Shown: positions 28,001 to 38,449, numbered from the stretch's first letter. The stretch is DNA of 64,000 bases from Dehalococcoidia bacterium (GCA_050011565.1 JBEKIW010000006.1:1-64000); one strand, 5' to 3'. Notes: generated by a model from the sequence alone, not told the origin. Program-made: numbers and translations.

Positions 28001-29209
28001 AGCATCGGCATCGATATCGGCGGCGGCTCTGGTCTGTGCCGTAATCTCATTTTTAATGAGGTCGGCGCCTATGAAGCTGCCTACCAGGTATCTGCCGGAG
28101 CCGGTAACGCCTACGCCGGCTATTTTTACCTTGTCCGCGCCGCAGCAGAGCAGGTTTCTAAAGACCTCTTTAACGGCATCGATAGGTCGCCCGGCGGTCA
28201 TGAGGTAATGTTTTGCCAGCACCTTCCGGCCGGCTTCATCCATTATCACCGCCTTGGTGCTGGTAGAGCCGACATCGACACCTAGATATCCGGTGCACGG
28301 GTTCTTTACGTTCAGGTCTGCCCTAATTTCCTGAATCGACGCCGCCTCCAGCGCCGGCATTTGATAATAGCGCTGGCCGGCACCCGCTTCCAGCAGTGTG
28401 ACAGAGTTCGGTCGTTTGCCTTTAGACAGCAGTGCAGCGCCGATGGCACCCAGATGCATGTAATGTTCAGGAATAGCAACAGTTGTCGCCTGCCCGTTTC
28501 TGACTGAAAGCACATCGTTAAGTGCCTTCACTATAGCGCGGTTGGAAGCCACGCCGCCGACAAAATAGACGGGCTGTCGAAAAGGGCCTTTCTTGATGGA
28601 GGTGACCATCCGGGCTACGCTTTCGCACAGCGCGTACAGCATCGACTCTACCGGAACGCCTTTTTGCTGGAGATGAATGAGGTCTGTCTTGGCGAAGACG
28701 CTGCATCTGGCGGCTATTCTGGGCGCGGCGCCGTTGCATTTCATCGCCAGACCGGATAATTCGTCCATGCTGATGCCGAGCCGGTACGCCTGCTGCTCCA
28801 TGAAACGTCCGGTGCCGGCGGCACACAGTGGATTAGACGCCAGCTTCCACGGTTTCCTTAACCCATCCTCCAGCTCAATGACCAGCGAACTCTGGCCGCC
28901 TATCTGTATAACTGTCATAGCCTCAGGATGATAGTGAAGCAGACCGGCGGCAGTGGCTAGCGGGCTGCCATACTCTCCCCAGTTGAGCTCTTTGGGTATC
29001 ACAGCCCTGCCCGAGCCTGTTACTCCGGCTGAAGCAACCTCCTCTAAGTTAAAGTCCCGGGCGAGTCTGGAAATTAGTGAGTTCAAGGCGGCTCTGGGGC
29101 TCGAGGTCACCTTCTCTATGTCAAGCCTGAGTATTTCGCCGCCGTCATCGATAAGCGACAGCTTGGCATTGACAGAGCCGATGTCTACCCCCAGAAGATA
29201 AGAAGCCAT
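25070..29209 (-). CDS. Fused acyl-CoA dehydratase activase/reductase (PlsA/Ger-like)
   Basis: Two ASKHA activase domains (GVDIGS/GVDVGS, CAAGTG twice), then CFPLK..HGH, CP, FGCGP, DEH, GPCRLG and PHGCMP. Confidence 0.85.
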   Translation of the reverse strand: MASYLLGVDIGSVNAKLSLIDDGGEILRLDIEKVTSSPRAALNSLISRLARDFNLEEVASAGVTGSGRAVIPKELNWGEYGSPLATAAGLLHYHPEAMTVIQIGGQSSLVIELEDGLRKPWKLASNPLCAAGTGRFMEQQAYRLGISMDELSGLAMKCNGAAPRIAARCSVFAKTDLIHLQQKGVPVESMLYALCESVARMVTSIKKGPFRQPVYFVGGVASNRAIVKALNDVLSVRNGQATTVAIPEHYMHLGAIGAALLSKGKRPNSVTLLEAGAGQRYYQMPALEAASIQEIRADLNVKNPCTGYLGVDVGSTSTKAVIMDEAGRKVLAKHYLMTAGRPIDAVKEVFRNLLCCGADKVKIAGVGVTGSGRYLVGSFIGADLIKNEITAQTRAAADIDADADIIEIGGQDSKLVIKRNGVVVDYQMNKACAAGTGSFIDELAEMLNVSVSNGDFANLAFQAPYTIDLGTRCAAFMGQAVTSAQQEGVPLPIITASLSNSIAKNYLSKVVGNRMLGNKVILTGAVFYNHAVVSAFREQLKGKKLTVPEHKEISGAIGAALLAKERMSGKESKFRGFQEIIGSEPSLSTFVCKRCDNNCNITRMQVPNEKSTFYGSRCDRYDSTIAAGKVETAFDERERLLFREYKDGAGTGPTVGVPRALFTYDYAPLLIGFLNALGARVVLSSSTTKETIEKAVELSYSDSCFPLKLLHGHAASLPDVDYILYPCAIRLGLKEGDENQKYTCPLVQASPFIIREALNLQERLLIPVLDFSRGDDEVIDELADIAVKMGFSKTGGRKAALAGIQSQQKFERDKQRAGKKLLRQLRDSGKLGVVLFARSYLSQDSGANLGIAEKLAQLGVVPIPLDFLPLGRVNPRKYSDRPYWLYESKHIAGAAITESDPKLYGLVLTNFGCGPNSFITKIVEDIMGGKPLGQLEIDEHAAEAGIVTRLEAFVDTITGFSRSTKQSQVRRQDIYRGTVATVSSQKTILIPRMAPYVEVVAAAMEANGARVIVLPEPDERNILYSNQVTTGAECLPYRVTLGDFMRYYYENGADARDIEGFMAGSYGPCRLGKYAIEQNRLLRDIGFDLPVRSTVSNNAYRDLGLGPGFERLAWRGIVAVDCLEKLLWRSRPYEKHAGAADELFDKCLKRIADYVRRQEAFDDVLRQAVSEFEALIDPDLPRKPLVGINGEIYLRSNKFSNSNLVRACEAAGLEVVVAPMGEWIKYTSYRNLEDAVKDRKFKKIVNSYIRKRIQEHDEHSVAEHFNGSVDDKELSTAELLKLTSRYLSPKCGSEAVLSIGSAVHWLENPNFAGIISVMPHGCMPGGIVAAFAEKLSTAYQKPWISLTYDGFSETNNLVRINNFAEVIRFCSQEAVKPLG

Positions 29210-29255
29210 TTTCAAAGCCTAAACTTTAATGGAAAACCAGCCGTGATTTAAAACT

Positions 29256-30038
29256 TCAATGCTTGGACACGAATTCGAGGAGTATGGCATTGAACTCCTC
29301 CGTACGTTCCCTGGGCGCGGAATGCCGCGAATTATTTATCACTACGAGCTCGGCACAGGGCATTTTAGAGGCATACCCCTCCTTAATAGATACCGGCACA
29401 AAGTCCTCATCGCTGGTAATCATCAGCGTCGGGCATTTAATGGTATCCAAACGGTCGGCAACGCTCCACTTTACCAGCGCCCCGAACGCATTGGCATAGG
29501 CTAGCTTGTTGGTCACCGCCATGCGCTGAATCACCGACTGATGCGGGCGTTCCTGGCCGGATGCGGGCAGCAGTTCTCCACCGTTATTCTGTCGCCTATG
29601 CCTGATGCCATTGAATTGCAGTCCTACCAGGTGCTTGATACACTCCACGCCGTTGTTGAACGTACGCATAGAGCCTTCGGGGCAGCAGTTCACAGCCACC
29701 AGGCTCCTGACCAGTTCCGGGGCGTCTACTGCCAACTGGAAGGCAACCATGCCGCCCATGGAGAACCCGACCACGTGTGCCGACCTTATTCCAAGCGCTC
29801 TCAGCAGCTCCCGGGTATCGGCAGCAAACAGCTCGATGCTGTAGGATTCAATATGTTTGTCCGAGCGACCGTGGCCGCGAATATCGAACGTAATCACACG
29901 GTAGTGTTGAGAAAAAAGAGGCACCTGCTTTTTCCAGCTCCGGCTGCTCGAAGCCAGACCATGGATGAACAGTAACGGCTCGCCCTGCCCCGTCACCTCA
30001 CAGTAGATACCGGTATTATTGACACGCAGCTTTGGCAT
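29256..30038 (-). CDS. Alpha/beta hydrolase
   Basis: HGL, DIRGHG, GFSMGG, catalytic D and H. Confidence 0.85.
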   Translation of the reverse strand: MPKLRVNNTGIYCEVTGQGEPLLFIHGLASSSRSWKKQVPLFSQHYRVITFDIRGHGRSDKHIESYSIELFAADTRELLRALGIRSAHVVGFSMGGMVAFQLAVDAPELVRSLVAVNCCPEGSMRTFNNGVECIKHLVGLQFNGIRHRRQNNGGELLPASGQERPHQSVIQRMAVTNKLAYANAFGALVKWSVADRLDTIKCPTLMITSDEDFVPVSIKEGYASKMPCAELVVINNSRHSAPRERTEEFNAILLEFVSKH

Positions 30039-30111
30039 TTATGTTTTCTGTAATTATTGTGCTACAAAAATGCCTGAGGATTCAAGTTTCAGAAATCCGG
30101 TAACCAATCAC

Positions 30112-31422
30112 CTACTCTTGAGGATGAGAGAAGGACGCCAACCTATTGGAAAGTTTCTGCATAAGCCCATCGGCTGTTGCTATACCTTGGATTATACGTG
30201 CAAAATCCGGTCCGCCCAGCAAAGCCTGCCCGCCGCCGCTTACAAAATCTGCCGCGGCATCGGCAATTTTGATACAACTCGACAGTACTTGCTCAAATTC
30301 ACTCCTGGCCTCGCGTAATTCCTTATCCTTGGGTTTGGATAGTTTTTTAGATCGCTCCAGCATTGGACGAAGCTTTAACCCCTCCATCAAGTCCAGCGGT
30401 GAAGCCGGCATGCCATCAGTGCTCTTTCTGGTAACAACGTTTATAATAGGTGACGCCTGTTCATAGACCGCCATAAATTCGCTTGGCCATTCACTTTTCT
30501 TCGCTTCCGGCTTCTCTGCTAAGGCTACAGTTTTTTGTTTCTCCGGTTTGGGGGGCTTAACACTCTTTTGCTTCTCTGATTTGACTAACGCTGGACTTTC
30601 TTGCTTCTGAGCCTGTGGTGCTATTATAGGAACGTCGCCCCGCTTATCCCAGCAGTTGCGGCATATAGGATGAGTCCCGGTCACATAATTGCATTCATTA
30701 CAGACATACTGCTTGCACCTGGAACATAAATTAACGGCATCCGCCCCGGGATGATAGAAACACCTTATCACCGCTCCGGCATCATCCAACAAGATCGGCA
30801 ACTTTAACCGCTCCGTACTAACCGCCCTCTCCGTCACTTTTTCTGGTGCAGGAGCTTCTTCGCTGGCGGCGCCGGCGACGCCGACATCACCGATGTCGCT
30901 GACATCCTTGGTAACTCCAACATCTTTTGTATCCCGACTATCCACTATATCCAGGACATTCTTATTAGGAGTGTAATCGAGCTCTTTTAGTTGCCGGTCA
31001 TTAGGCGCACTGTATGGTCCCGTATCCGGCCATCGGTTGGTTACTGGTTCGCCCTCAAAGTCGCCGCCGTAGCCGATTGCCTTATTCTCTAAGAGTAGCA
31101 GGACAATAAATCCAAATGGAACGAAGAGTAAAAGTAATAACCACTTGTTCCTTGCCTTTCGACCAAGATACCACCACGTTATAATACAGGCAAATATAAG
31201 CAATACGAATCCGACAATAAAAAATACAACCGCGTATTGCATAGCTATACTTAATATATATGCCATGATTTCCGATTTTCCGGCACCAGAAGCAACAAGA
31301 CTTAAAAGTCCACTATAAAGTTGTGGTAAAAATATCAAATACAAAATAAACGATACGATAGATGGAAAAAGATAGACTCCTAGAAAATAACTCCAGTTGA
31401 GATGTTTTTCAAACCAGTTCAT
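30112..31422 (-). CDS. Membrane protein with a B-box-like zinc finger
   Basis: N-terminal TMs; CFYHP...CSRC...CNEC...CRNC. Confidence 0.75.
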   Translation of the reverse strand: MNWFEKHLNWSYFLGVYLFPSIVSFILYLIFLPQLYSGLLSLVASGAGKSEIMAYILSIAMQYAVVFFIVGFVLLIFACIITWWYLGRKARNKWLLLLLFVPFGFIVLLLLENKAIGYGGDFEGEPVTNRWPDTGPYSAPNDRQLKELDYTPNKNVLDIVDSRDTKDVGVTKDVSDIGDVGVAGAASEEAPAPEKVTERAVSTERLKLPILLDDAGAVIRCFYHPGADAVNLCSRCKQYVCNECNYVTGTHPICRNCWDKRGDVPIIAPQAQKQESPALVKSEKQKSVKPPKPEKQKTVALAEKPEAKKSEWPSEFMAVYEQASPIINVVTRKSTDGMPASPLDLMEGLKLRPMLERSKKLSKPKDKELREARSEFEQVLSSCIKIADAAADFVSGGGQALLGGPDFARIIQGIATADGLMQKLSNRLASFSHPQE

Positions 31423-31713
31423 CACCAGCTCCTGTGCACTTCAATAGCCAGCATCCATTGTCTCGATTATACGACAACTAAACATAAAATAAAATACCCT
31501 CGGCTTCGCTACGGCTATCCGACAAAAGGACTAGGCAAAGTGGCCGATAACCGCAGCCGTTAGTCTTAAGACCAATCTACGACCCAAAATCATACAGGTG
31601 CCCGATTCACTTCAAGCGATATTAGGTAGATAATATATTCAGAAATCGATAACCTAAACCAATTTAGCTTAAAATCGTTATAAATAGTAGAGAGGCAACA
31701 AGGAGGTAAAGAA

Positions 31714-31845
31714 ATGAAGAAAATAAACAAATTCACCGCCGTTATCTCTCATGACAGACAGCTTATAAGCCTGTTCAGCGGCATGGTCCTCTCCTGTATA
31801 GGACTGCTTGGCGTGGTAGTTACCGCCTGTGTCTGGTACCTGTAA
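31714..31845 (+). CDS. Small single-TM protein (43 aa), not in the ORF track
   Basis: AGGAGGT RBS; MKKINKFTAVISHDRQLISLFSGMVLSCIGLLGVVVTACVWYL; terminator follows. Confidence 0.65.
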   Translation: MKKINKFTAVISHDRQLISLFSGMVLSCIGLLGVVVTACVWYL

Positions 31846-31887
31846 TTAGCGTTGTCAATCAATTGAATCGGAACCTGCGTAATAATT

Positions 31888-31930
31888 AATCGGGGCCTGT
31901 GCTATTAACACAGACCCCGATTTCTTTTTT
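31888..31930 (+). terminator. Intrinsic terminator
   Basis: AATCGGGGcCTGTG-loop-CACAGaCCCCGATT followed by a T-run; lies between convergent genes. Confidence 0.75.
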
Positions 31931-31945
31931 AACTCAACCTTAGAC

Positions 31946-33094
31946 TTAAATCTTCCCGCTTTTCAACGTTTTGGTCGGCTCAAACGTCTTAATGCCAAAC
32001 TTCTTAGCCAATTCCTCTAATCTTTTAGCCAGTTTGTCATAGCCTATACCCTTGGCAAGCTGGAACGGGCCAAACGCAGAGCCACCCCCATTAATCATGG
32101 CTTTGTCAATCTCATCCGCGCTCTTTACTACACCTTCCTCAAGCAACTTCGTGGCTTCATTGACCTGTATGGCAATCATGTCGGTCGGGTCGAAGTCCTC
32201 TTTTGCCTTGGACAAGTCTATCTCAGGTCTTCCCTTGGACCAATCGAAAATACCTTTTCCTGACTTCTTGCCCAGGGTCTTGGCATCAATCAAATCCTTC
32301 AGCCATTTATGCGGCTTATAATCCGGTGACAACACGCCGGCAAAGTAAAGACTGCCATGATAGAAAACGTCCAAGCCGACATAGTCCATCAGTTCGTACG
32401 GCCCCATAGGCATGCCGATTTTTCTCATCTTGGCGTCGATTTCCTCAGGTGTAGCCAGCTTCCTTTCGATTATTTCACCGAGATAGATTCCAGTAGGGGC
32501 ATTAACCCTATTGTAAACAAAACCTGGAGAGTCTTTTTCAACCCTTACCGGAACCTTGTTCATCTTCAATGCCAGGTCGTAGGTCACTTTCATCGTCTCC
32601 TCGCTGGTCTTATTGCCCTTTATAACTTCAACCAGCTTCATCAGAACGGCGGGATTAAAAAAGTGCATACCGACAACCTGTGCCTGTCTCTTGGTATGCT
32701 CGGCGATCTCCGAAACGCTCATATTGGAGGTATTTGAAGCCAGAATCGCATGTTTCGGCGCCGCCTTATCCAGCGCCTCGAAAACCTGTTTCTTCAGTTC
32801 CATAATTTCCGGAACGGCTTCGATGACAAAATCAGCATCTTTAACGGCTTGGGCTACATCGACAAAGGTCTCAACGTTAGCCAGCATCACTTGTTTATTG
32901 GCTTCGGTTATTTTCTGCTTCTCAGTAAGTTTCTCCAGGCTCTCCTTAATTCTGGTAAGTCCCCTATCGACAAATCTCTGTTCGATGTCCCGCAAAGCCA
33001 CTTTGTAGCCGGCGAGTAACGCCACCTCGGCGATACCGTGGCCCATATCACCCGCACCCATGACTGCAATCTTTTTAATGTCCTCTACTTTCAT
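31946..33094 (-). CDS. 3-hydroxyacyl-CoA dehydrogenase with duplicated C-domain
   Basis: GAGDMG, EAVPE, SNTS, GMHFFNP. Confidence 0.92.
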   Translation of the reverse strand: MKVEDIKKIAVMGAGDMGHGIAEVALLAGYKVALRDIEQRFVDRGLTRIKESLEKLTEKQKITEANKQVMLANVETFVDVAQAVKDADFVIEAVPEIMELKKQVFEALDKAAPKHAILASNTSNMSVSEIAEHTKRQAQVVGMHFFNPAVLMKLVEVIKGNKTSEETMKVTYDLALKMNKVPVRVEKDSPGFVYNRVNAPTGIYLGEIIERKLATPEEIDAKMRKIGMPMGPYELMDYVGLDVFYHGSLYFAGVLSPDYKPHKWLKDLIDAKTLGKKSGKGIFDWSKGRPEIDLSKAKEDFDPTDMIAIQVNEATKLLEEGVVKSADEIDKAMINGGGSAFGPFQLAKGIGYDKLAKRLEELAKKFGIKTFEPTKTLKSGKI

Positions 33095-33137
33095 GTGAAA
33101 ATCTCCTTTCTATTTATTATATACCGCTTTACGGCGG

Positions 33138-33914
33138 CTATTCACCTGTAAATACCGCCTCCCGCTTCTCAATAAAGGCTATGATCCCTTCCATGGCATC
33201 CTTTGTCTTCGCCACCCGCTGGGAACCCGCCAGCTCAATCTTGATTCCTTCCTCGGTAGTTGTTTCCAGTCCGCGAGTTACCGCGTCCAGAATTACCTCT
33301 ACGGCAACGGGGGCCTTCTTCGCCAGTGCTCTGGCGAGCTCTTTGGCGTCCTTCATCAGCTCCTCTGATTTAGATACCTTGGTCACCAGGCCGATTCTTA
33401 GAGCCTCGGCGGCCCCGACTCTTGTTGACAGCAGCAACATTTCCAATGCCTTAGTCTTACCCACTAATCTGGGCAATCTCTGAGTACCACCCCAGCCTGG
33501 TATGATACCCCGATCTATCTCAGGTTGGCCCATGAATACCTTTTCGGAATCAGCGATTATCCTGAAGTGGCACGCCATAGACAGTTCACAGCCCCCACCC
33601 AACGCAAAGCCGTTTATGGCTGCAATCACGGGCTTGGGGTATTTCTCAATCTGGCTAAATACCACCTGGCCTTTGTCCATGGCTTTGGTACCCTCCGGGG
33701 TACCGCCGATCTTTAAATCGAATCCTGCTGAGAAACCCTTTTCGCCGGCGCCGGTGATGATTAAGGCTCTTACTGCCTTATCCTTTCGAAACTCATTTAG
33801 AACCGCTTCAAGTTCATCGAGGACAGTAAGGTTTATCGGGTTAGCCGGCGGTCGGTTTAGCGTGATTACCGCGATGTTCTCGTCTCGTTCAACAATTAAA
33901 GTCTCATAAGCCAT
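33138..33914 (-). CDS. Enoyl-CoA hydratase/isomerase
   Basis: FSAGFD, ALGGGCE, PEIDRGIIPGWGGTQRL. Confidence 0.92.
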   Translation of the reverse strand: MAYETLIVERDENIAVITLNRPPANPINLTVLDELEAVLNEFRKDKAVRALIITGAGEKGFSAGFDLKIGGTPEGTKAMDKGQVVFSQIEKYPKPVIAAINGFALGGGCELSMACHFRIIADSEKVFMGQPEIDRGIIPGWGGTQRLPRLVGKTKALEMLLLSTRVGAAEALRIGLVTKVSKSEELMKDAKELARALAKKAPVAVEVILDAVTRGLETTTEEGIKIELAGSQRVAKTKDAMEGIIAFIEKREAVFTGE

Positions 33915-34151
33915 AGTATCCTCCATTATTGAAATTATTGTACTGTGTCATGATTGTGCTATTAAAACTCCGTACTCTACAGCCTCCTTTCAGCTCGGGA
34001 GTTATCGGGATACTTTTGCACTAACACAACAAAGAAATGTTAACACCTATAGCTGTAGCTGTCAACGTACTTTAAGTCTAATGATACCTATTGATTTATT
34101 GAACGCGGAAACATATACTAAGGGACAAAAACAGGAAGGAGGTGACCTCGA

Positions 34152-34403
34152 ATGCCAGAAGTTGAAATCGGGCACGTAAGCGATTTCTTTGCCCGGCCTG
34201 TGGTTGCCGGCATAACGCTAACCGGCACCTTAAAAGTAGGCGATAAGGTTCACATCAAAGGCCATACTACAGACCTTGAAATGACGGTTGATTCCATGCA
34301 AATCAACAATTTAAACGTAACCGAAGGTAAGGCCGCAGATGCTATTGGCGTTAAAGTAACCGACCGCGTCAGACCCGGCGATAAAGTTTACAAGGTTACT
34401 TAA
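34152..34403 (+). CDS. Small EF-Tu domain II-like beta-barrel protein
   Basis: [30 protein letters not shown]; strong RBS. Confidence 0.8.
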   Translation: MPEVEIGHVSDFFARPVVAGITLTGTLKVGDKVHIKGHTTDLEMTVDSMQINNLNVTEGKAADAIGVKVTDRVRPGDKVYKVT

Positions 34404-34875
34404 CTTCTAAAACGATGGCTTTAAGCAAATTCGCCATTTCTATGGCGTTCGATGCTGCCATAAAGCCACGATTGCCTGCCTTAGCTCCAGCTCGCTCGAT
34501 GGCCTGTTCCAGAGTATCCGCAGTTATTATGCCTTGAATTATGGGCACACCGGTATCCAGGCTTACCCGGGAGATGCCGCGGTTCACCTCGGAAGCCACA
34601 TACTCAAAATGTGATGTGCCGCCCCGAATCACTGCTCCAAGACAAACGACAGCATTATATTTGCCGCTTTCGGCAAGCCTTTTGGCTACCAGCGGAATTT
34701 CCAGCGCACCCGGCGTCCAGGCAACATCGATATCGAGCTCACCAACGCCGTGACGCAGAAAAGCGTCTTTGGCTCCATCGAGCAACCTCGCCGTTATAAC
34801 TTCATTGAAACGCGATACAATCACACCGAATTTCAGCCCTTTGCCTAATAGCATACCTTCGTAATTCTTTACCAT
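34396..34875 (-). CDS. ribH: 6,7-dimethyl-8-ribityllumazine synthase
   Basis: [32 protein letters not shown]. Confidence 0.96.
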   Translation of the reverse strand: MVKNYEGMLLGKGLKFGVIVSRFNEVITARLLDGAKDAFLRHGVGELDIDVAWTPGALEIPLVAKRLAESGKYNAVVCLGAVIRGGTSHFEYVASEVNRGISRVSLDTGVPIIQGIITADTLEQAIERAGAKAGNRGFMAASNAIEMANLLKAIVLEVK

Positions 34876-34901
34876 ATACCTTACCCTCCTTAACTCACAA
34901 A

Positions 34902-36119
34902 TTACGCTTTATCGTCTTCGTCTACGTCTAACATGTGCCCGAGCTTCTTCTGTTTCGTCTTCAGGTACTCCAGGTTGTACGGATTCGGCGGCGTTTGTAA
35001 ATCGACAATCTCCACTATGTGAAGTCCGTAGCTCTCCAGCCCGATTACCTTCTTCGGGTTATTGGTCAGCAGTCGAATCTTATGTAAACCTAAGTCGGCC
35101 AGAATCTGAGCCCCGATGCCGTAATCTCTCAAATCGGCATCAAAGCCCAGTGCCAGATTGGCTTCCACGGTATCCAGACCCTGGTCCTGGAGAGCATAAG
35201 CCCGCAGTTTGTTATGGAAACCTATCCCCCTGCCTTCCTGCCGCATGTAAAGAAATACGCCACGCCCCTCGGCAGTAATCTTCTCCATTGCCAGGGCGAT
35301 TTGGCCACCACAATCGCAGCGCAGGCTGCCGAAAACATCACCGGTAAGACATTCACTGTGGACCCGTACCAACACCGGTTCTTCACCCGTTATATCGCCT
35401 TTAACCAAAGCCACGTGCTGGTCCGGGTCAACCTTGCTCCTGTAGGCAATAACAACGAACTCACCATACCTGGTGGGCAGTTTGGCTTCGGCTACCCTTT
35501 CCACCAGCTTCTCATGGCGGCGGCGGTACGCTATCAAATCGGCTATACTCATAATTTTAATTCCGAACTTATCTGCCATGTCTTCAAGCTGGGGCAACCG
35601 GGCCATGGTGCCGTCTTCATTCATAATCTCACAGACAACTCCTGCAGGATAAAGCCCGGCGAATTTAGCCAGGTCCACTATAGACTCGGTGTGTCCGGCG
35701 CGCACCAGCACGCCGCCTTCTTTAGCCCGGATGGGGAACATATGGCCGGGACGGGCTAAATCGTCAGGCTTAGTATTGGGGTCGAGAATAGCCTTTACCG
35801 TTGCCGCACGGTCATGAGCTGAGATACCGCTCGATGTTTTATGCTTGGCTTCGATAGATACGGCAAAAGCGGTTGAGAACTTCGCCGTATTCTCCTGAAC
35901 CATCAGGGGTATTTTCAACTCATCTAACCGATAGCCGATTATAGGCAGGCATATCAGTCCGCGAGCATGCCTGGCCATGAAATTAATTGCCTCCGGATTG
36001 ACCTTCTCCGCAGCAATTGCCAGGTCTCCTTCATTCTCACGGTTCTCATCATCAACTATGATGATGAATTTGCCGGCTTTTATATCCTCAATTGCTTCAG
36101 GAACGGTAGCAAACACCAT
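34902..36119 (-). CDS. ribBA: Bifunctional DHBP synthase/GTP cyclohydrolase II
   Basis: [37 protein letters not shown]. Confidence 0.97.
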   Translation of the reverse strand: MVFATVPEAIEDIKAGKFIIIVDDENRENEGDLAIAAEKVNPEAINFMARHARGLICLPIIGYRLDELKIPLMVQENTAKFSTAFAVSIEAKHKTSSGISAHDRAATVKAILDPNTKPDDLARPGHMFPIRAKEGGVLVRAGHTESIVDLAKFAGLYPAGVVCEIMNEDGTMARLPQLEDMADKFGIKIMSIADLIAYRRRHEKLVERVAEAKLPTRYGEFVVIAYRSKVDPDQHVALVKGDITGEEPVLVRVHSECLTGDVFGSLRCDCGGQIALAMEKITAEGRGVFLYMRQEGRGIGFHNKLRAYALQDQGLDTVEANLALGFDADLRDYGIGAQILADLGLHKIRLLTNNPKKVIGLESYGLHIVEIVDLQTPPNPYNLEYLKTKQKKLGHMLDVDEDDKA

Positions 36120-36125
36120 TAAACC

Positions 36126-36758
36126 TCACCTCGCTTTTAAGAAACCCTGCTCTTCCAGGAAATCCAGCATCACACCACGTTTATCTCTTTGCTGGAGCCT
36201 TTCCACGTATTTAGCCATTATGTCCACCTCAAGATTAACTACATCACCCGGCCTAATTATACCTAATGTGGTGTGCTTTCGCGTAAAATCTACCAAAGAG
36301 ACGGAAAATGAAAAATCATCGCAATCGATAACAGTCAGGCTGACGCCATCGACGGCGATAAAGCCTTTGCTCACCACATACGGCATCAAATGAGGCGGCG
36401 CTGAAATCCTGGCAATATAGGCCCCCTCTTCGGGCTTCACTGATAGGACTTTTCCCACGTCGTCAACATGCCCCTGCACAAAATGACCGCCGAAACGCCC
36501 ATCGGCCGGCACCGCTCTTTCTAAATTCACCCTGTCTCCATAATGAAGCCTGCCCAGATTGGTACGTCGAATCGTCTCCGGCATGACCTCTGCGCTGAAG
36601 TCATTTTTACTTGTTGAAGTCACCGTTAAGCAAGCTCCGCTTACGGATATGCTGTCACCCGGCTTGGTTCCCTCGACTACCTTATTGGCCTCGATATTCA
36701 GCCGCCCGGGACCAAGCTCTTTGACCTTGCCGATTTCCTCAACAATGCCGGTAAACAT
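36126..36758 (-). CDS. ribE: Riboflavin synthase (alpha chain)
   Basis: [24 protein letters not shown]. Confidence 0.96.
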   Translation of the reverse strand: MFTGIVEEIGKVKELGPGRLNIEANKVVEGTKPGDSISVSGACLTVTSTSKNDFSAEVMPETIRRTNLGRLHYGDRVNLERAVPADGRFGGHFVQGHVDDVGKVLSVKPEEGAYIARISAPPHLMPYVVSKGFIAVDGVSLTVIDCDDFSFSVSLVDFTRKHTTLGIIRPGDVVNLEVDIMAKYVERLQQRDKRGVMLDFLEEQGFLKAR

Positions 36759-37873
36759 TATTCTTTTCCATTAACATAGCCACTGATTAAGACATCGTCA
36801 CCGAATTCGAGCATTTTAACCCGCTTCAAACGAAGCGCATCGGCAATTTTCCTGACGCCGTTGCCACCGACAGCGCTCTTAGCTTGATCCCCACCTACTA
36901 TAATAGGTGACACGAAAGCCAGAACCTTATCTACCAGGCCACCATCGAACAGCGAGCCGAAGAGCCCACTTCCACCTTCTACCAAAACACTGGTGACCTC
37001 TCGCCTACCCAGAACAGTCAAAAGCTCCTTTAAATCTATTACATCCTTTTCAGCCGGCAATTCGACAATTTCGGCACCGGTCTTTCCAAAGCGATCAGCC
37101 GCTTTGGCATTAAAGGGTTTAGCCACAGCCAAAAGTGTTTTTCCCGGCTCCTTAAAAACCTTTGCTGATATCGGTGTTCGCCCCCGGCCGTCGACAATTA
37201 CCCTTAAAGGTTGCAGCTTGGTCTTACCACCTTTTCCGCTGCATCCCCTGGCTGAAAGCTGAGGGTCATCGGCTATCACGGTATTCGCCCCCACCATAAC
37301 GGCGTCAACGATATGACGCAGATAATGCACAAACTTCAACGATTCTTCGCTGCTTATCCATTTGGAATCGCCGGTTTTAGTAGCAATTTTGCCGTCAAGG
37401 CTCATGGCAAATTTGGCGATGACAAACGGTATACCGGTAGTTATATATTTTATGTAACCTTCGTTTAACTCTTGAGCTCTGTCTTCATACTGGCCGACAA
37501 AGGTCTTGATGCCGGCGGCTTTCAATGTCTTTAATCCTTTTCCCGAGACTAGGGGATTCGGGTCAATCAAAGCCATATGAACTTCAGAAATACCGGCATC
37601 GATTACCGCCTGCGTACAGGGAGGCGTATGCCCGTGGTGGCAGCAGGGCTCCAGCGTAACATACATTGTTGCCCCTTTAGCCCTTTGTCCCGCCTGTCTA
37701 AGCGCCATTATCTCAGCATGTACAGAACCGGGAGGCTGCGTATGCCCCAATCCCACCACAACTCCGTCTCTAACCACCACGGCACCGACCGCCGGATTAG
37801 GGCTGGTATAGCCTAAAGCTAAACCTGCCAATGATAAAGCGGATTCCATAAAGTCTTTAGGACGAGCTAACAC
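36758..37873 (-). CDS. ribD: Pyrimidine deaminase/reductase
   Basis: PNPAVG, HAE, TLEPCCH..TPPC, SLDGK, EGG. Confidence 0.96.
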   Translation of the reverse strand: MLARPKDFMESALSLAGLALGYTSPNPAVGAVVVRDGVVVGLGHTQPPGSVHAEIMALRQAGQRAKGATMYVTLEPCCHHGHTPPCTQAVIDAGISEVHMALIDPNPLVSGKGLKTLKAAGIKTFVGQYEDRAQELNEGYIKYITTGIPFVIAKFAMSLDGKIATKTGDSKWISSEESLKFVHYLRHIVDAVMVGANTVIADDPQLSARGCSGKGGKTKLQPLRVIVDGRGRTPISAKVFKEPGKTLLAVAKPFNAKAADRFGKTGAEIVELPAEKDVIDLKELLTVLGRREVTSVLVEGGSGLFGSLFDGGLVDKVLAFVSPIIVGGDQAKSAVGGNGVRKIADALRLKRVKMLEFGDDVLISGYVNGKE

Positions 37874-38449
37874 TTAAGTCCCCTTCACAAAGTTTTCATG
37901 GTACTTACTGGCGGTTGGCTCAGTCTGACCTTGATATTTGCTTCCCAGCTCCGCCGCCCCGTACAATCTGTCTACAGGAGAGGTTAGTCTAAGAAAAGAG
38001 ATTTGTCCAATCTTCATCTTGTAATAAAGAGTAATCGGCAATTTAGCGACATTGGATAGCTCGAGTGTGAGGTGACCCTGCCAGCCCGGATCTACATAGC
38101 CGGCGGTTGAGTGAATTAAAAGCCCGATCCTGCCCAGAGAGCTTTTCCCTTCAAGCCTGCCAACTATATCATCGGGCAGTGTAATCGATTCCAAAGTGCT
38201 GGCTAAAACGAATTCACCGGGATTAAGAAAAAAGGCGTTGTCCTCTTCAATCTCCACGAGTTCATTTAAATGGTCCAAACTACGCCTGACATCTATATAC
38301 GCCGGATATCGCTGCGACTTAAAGACCAGGAGTTTTTTATCTAAATGAAGGTCGACACTGGCCGGCTGGATGCAATCCGGACTAAGAGGCTCGATAATGA
38401 TTCTGCCCCTGTTAATTTCCTCTCTAATTGTCCTGTCGCTGAGCACCAT
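37874..38449 (-). CDS. dcd: dCTP deaminase
   Basis: QPASVDL, GKSSLGR, AGYVDPGW.G.LTLE, KYQGQ. Confidence 0.95.
   Translation of the reverse strand: MVLSDRTIREEINRGRIIIEPLSPDCIQPASVDLHLDKKLLVFKSQRYPAYIDVRRSLDHLNELVEIEEDNAFFLNPGEFVLASTLESITLPDDIVGRLEGKSSLGRIGLLIHSTAGYVDPGWQGHLTLELSNVAKLPITLYYKMKIGQISFLRLTSPVDRLYGAAELGSKYQGQTEPTASKYHENFVKGT

Noticed and set aside
31480-31620. c-di-GMP-type riboswitch
   Set aside because: A few short stems and GGCAAA are present, but the GAAA-loop/receptor layout is not.
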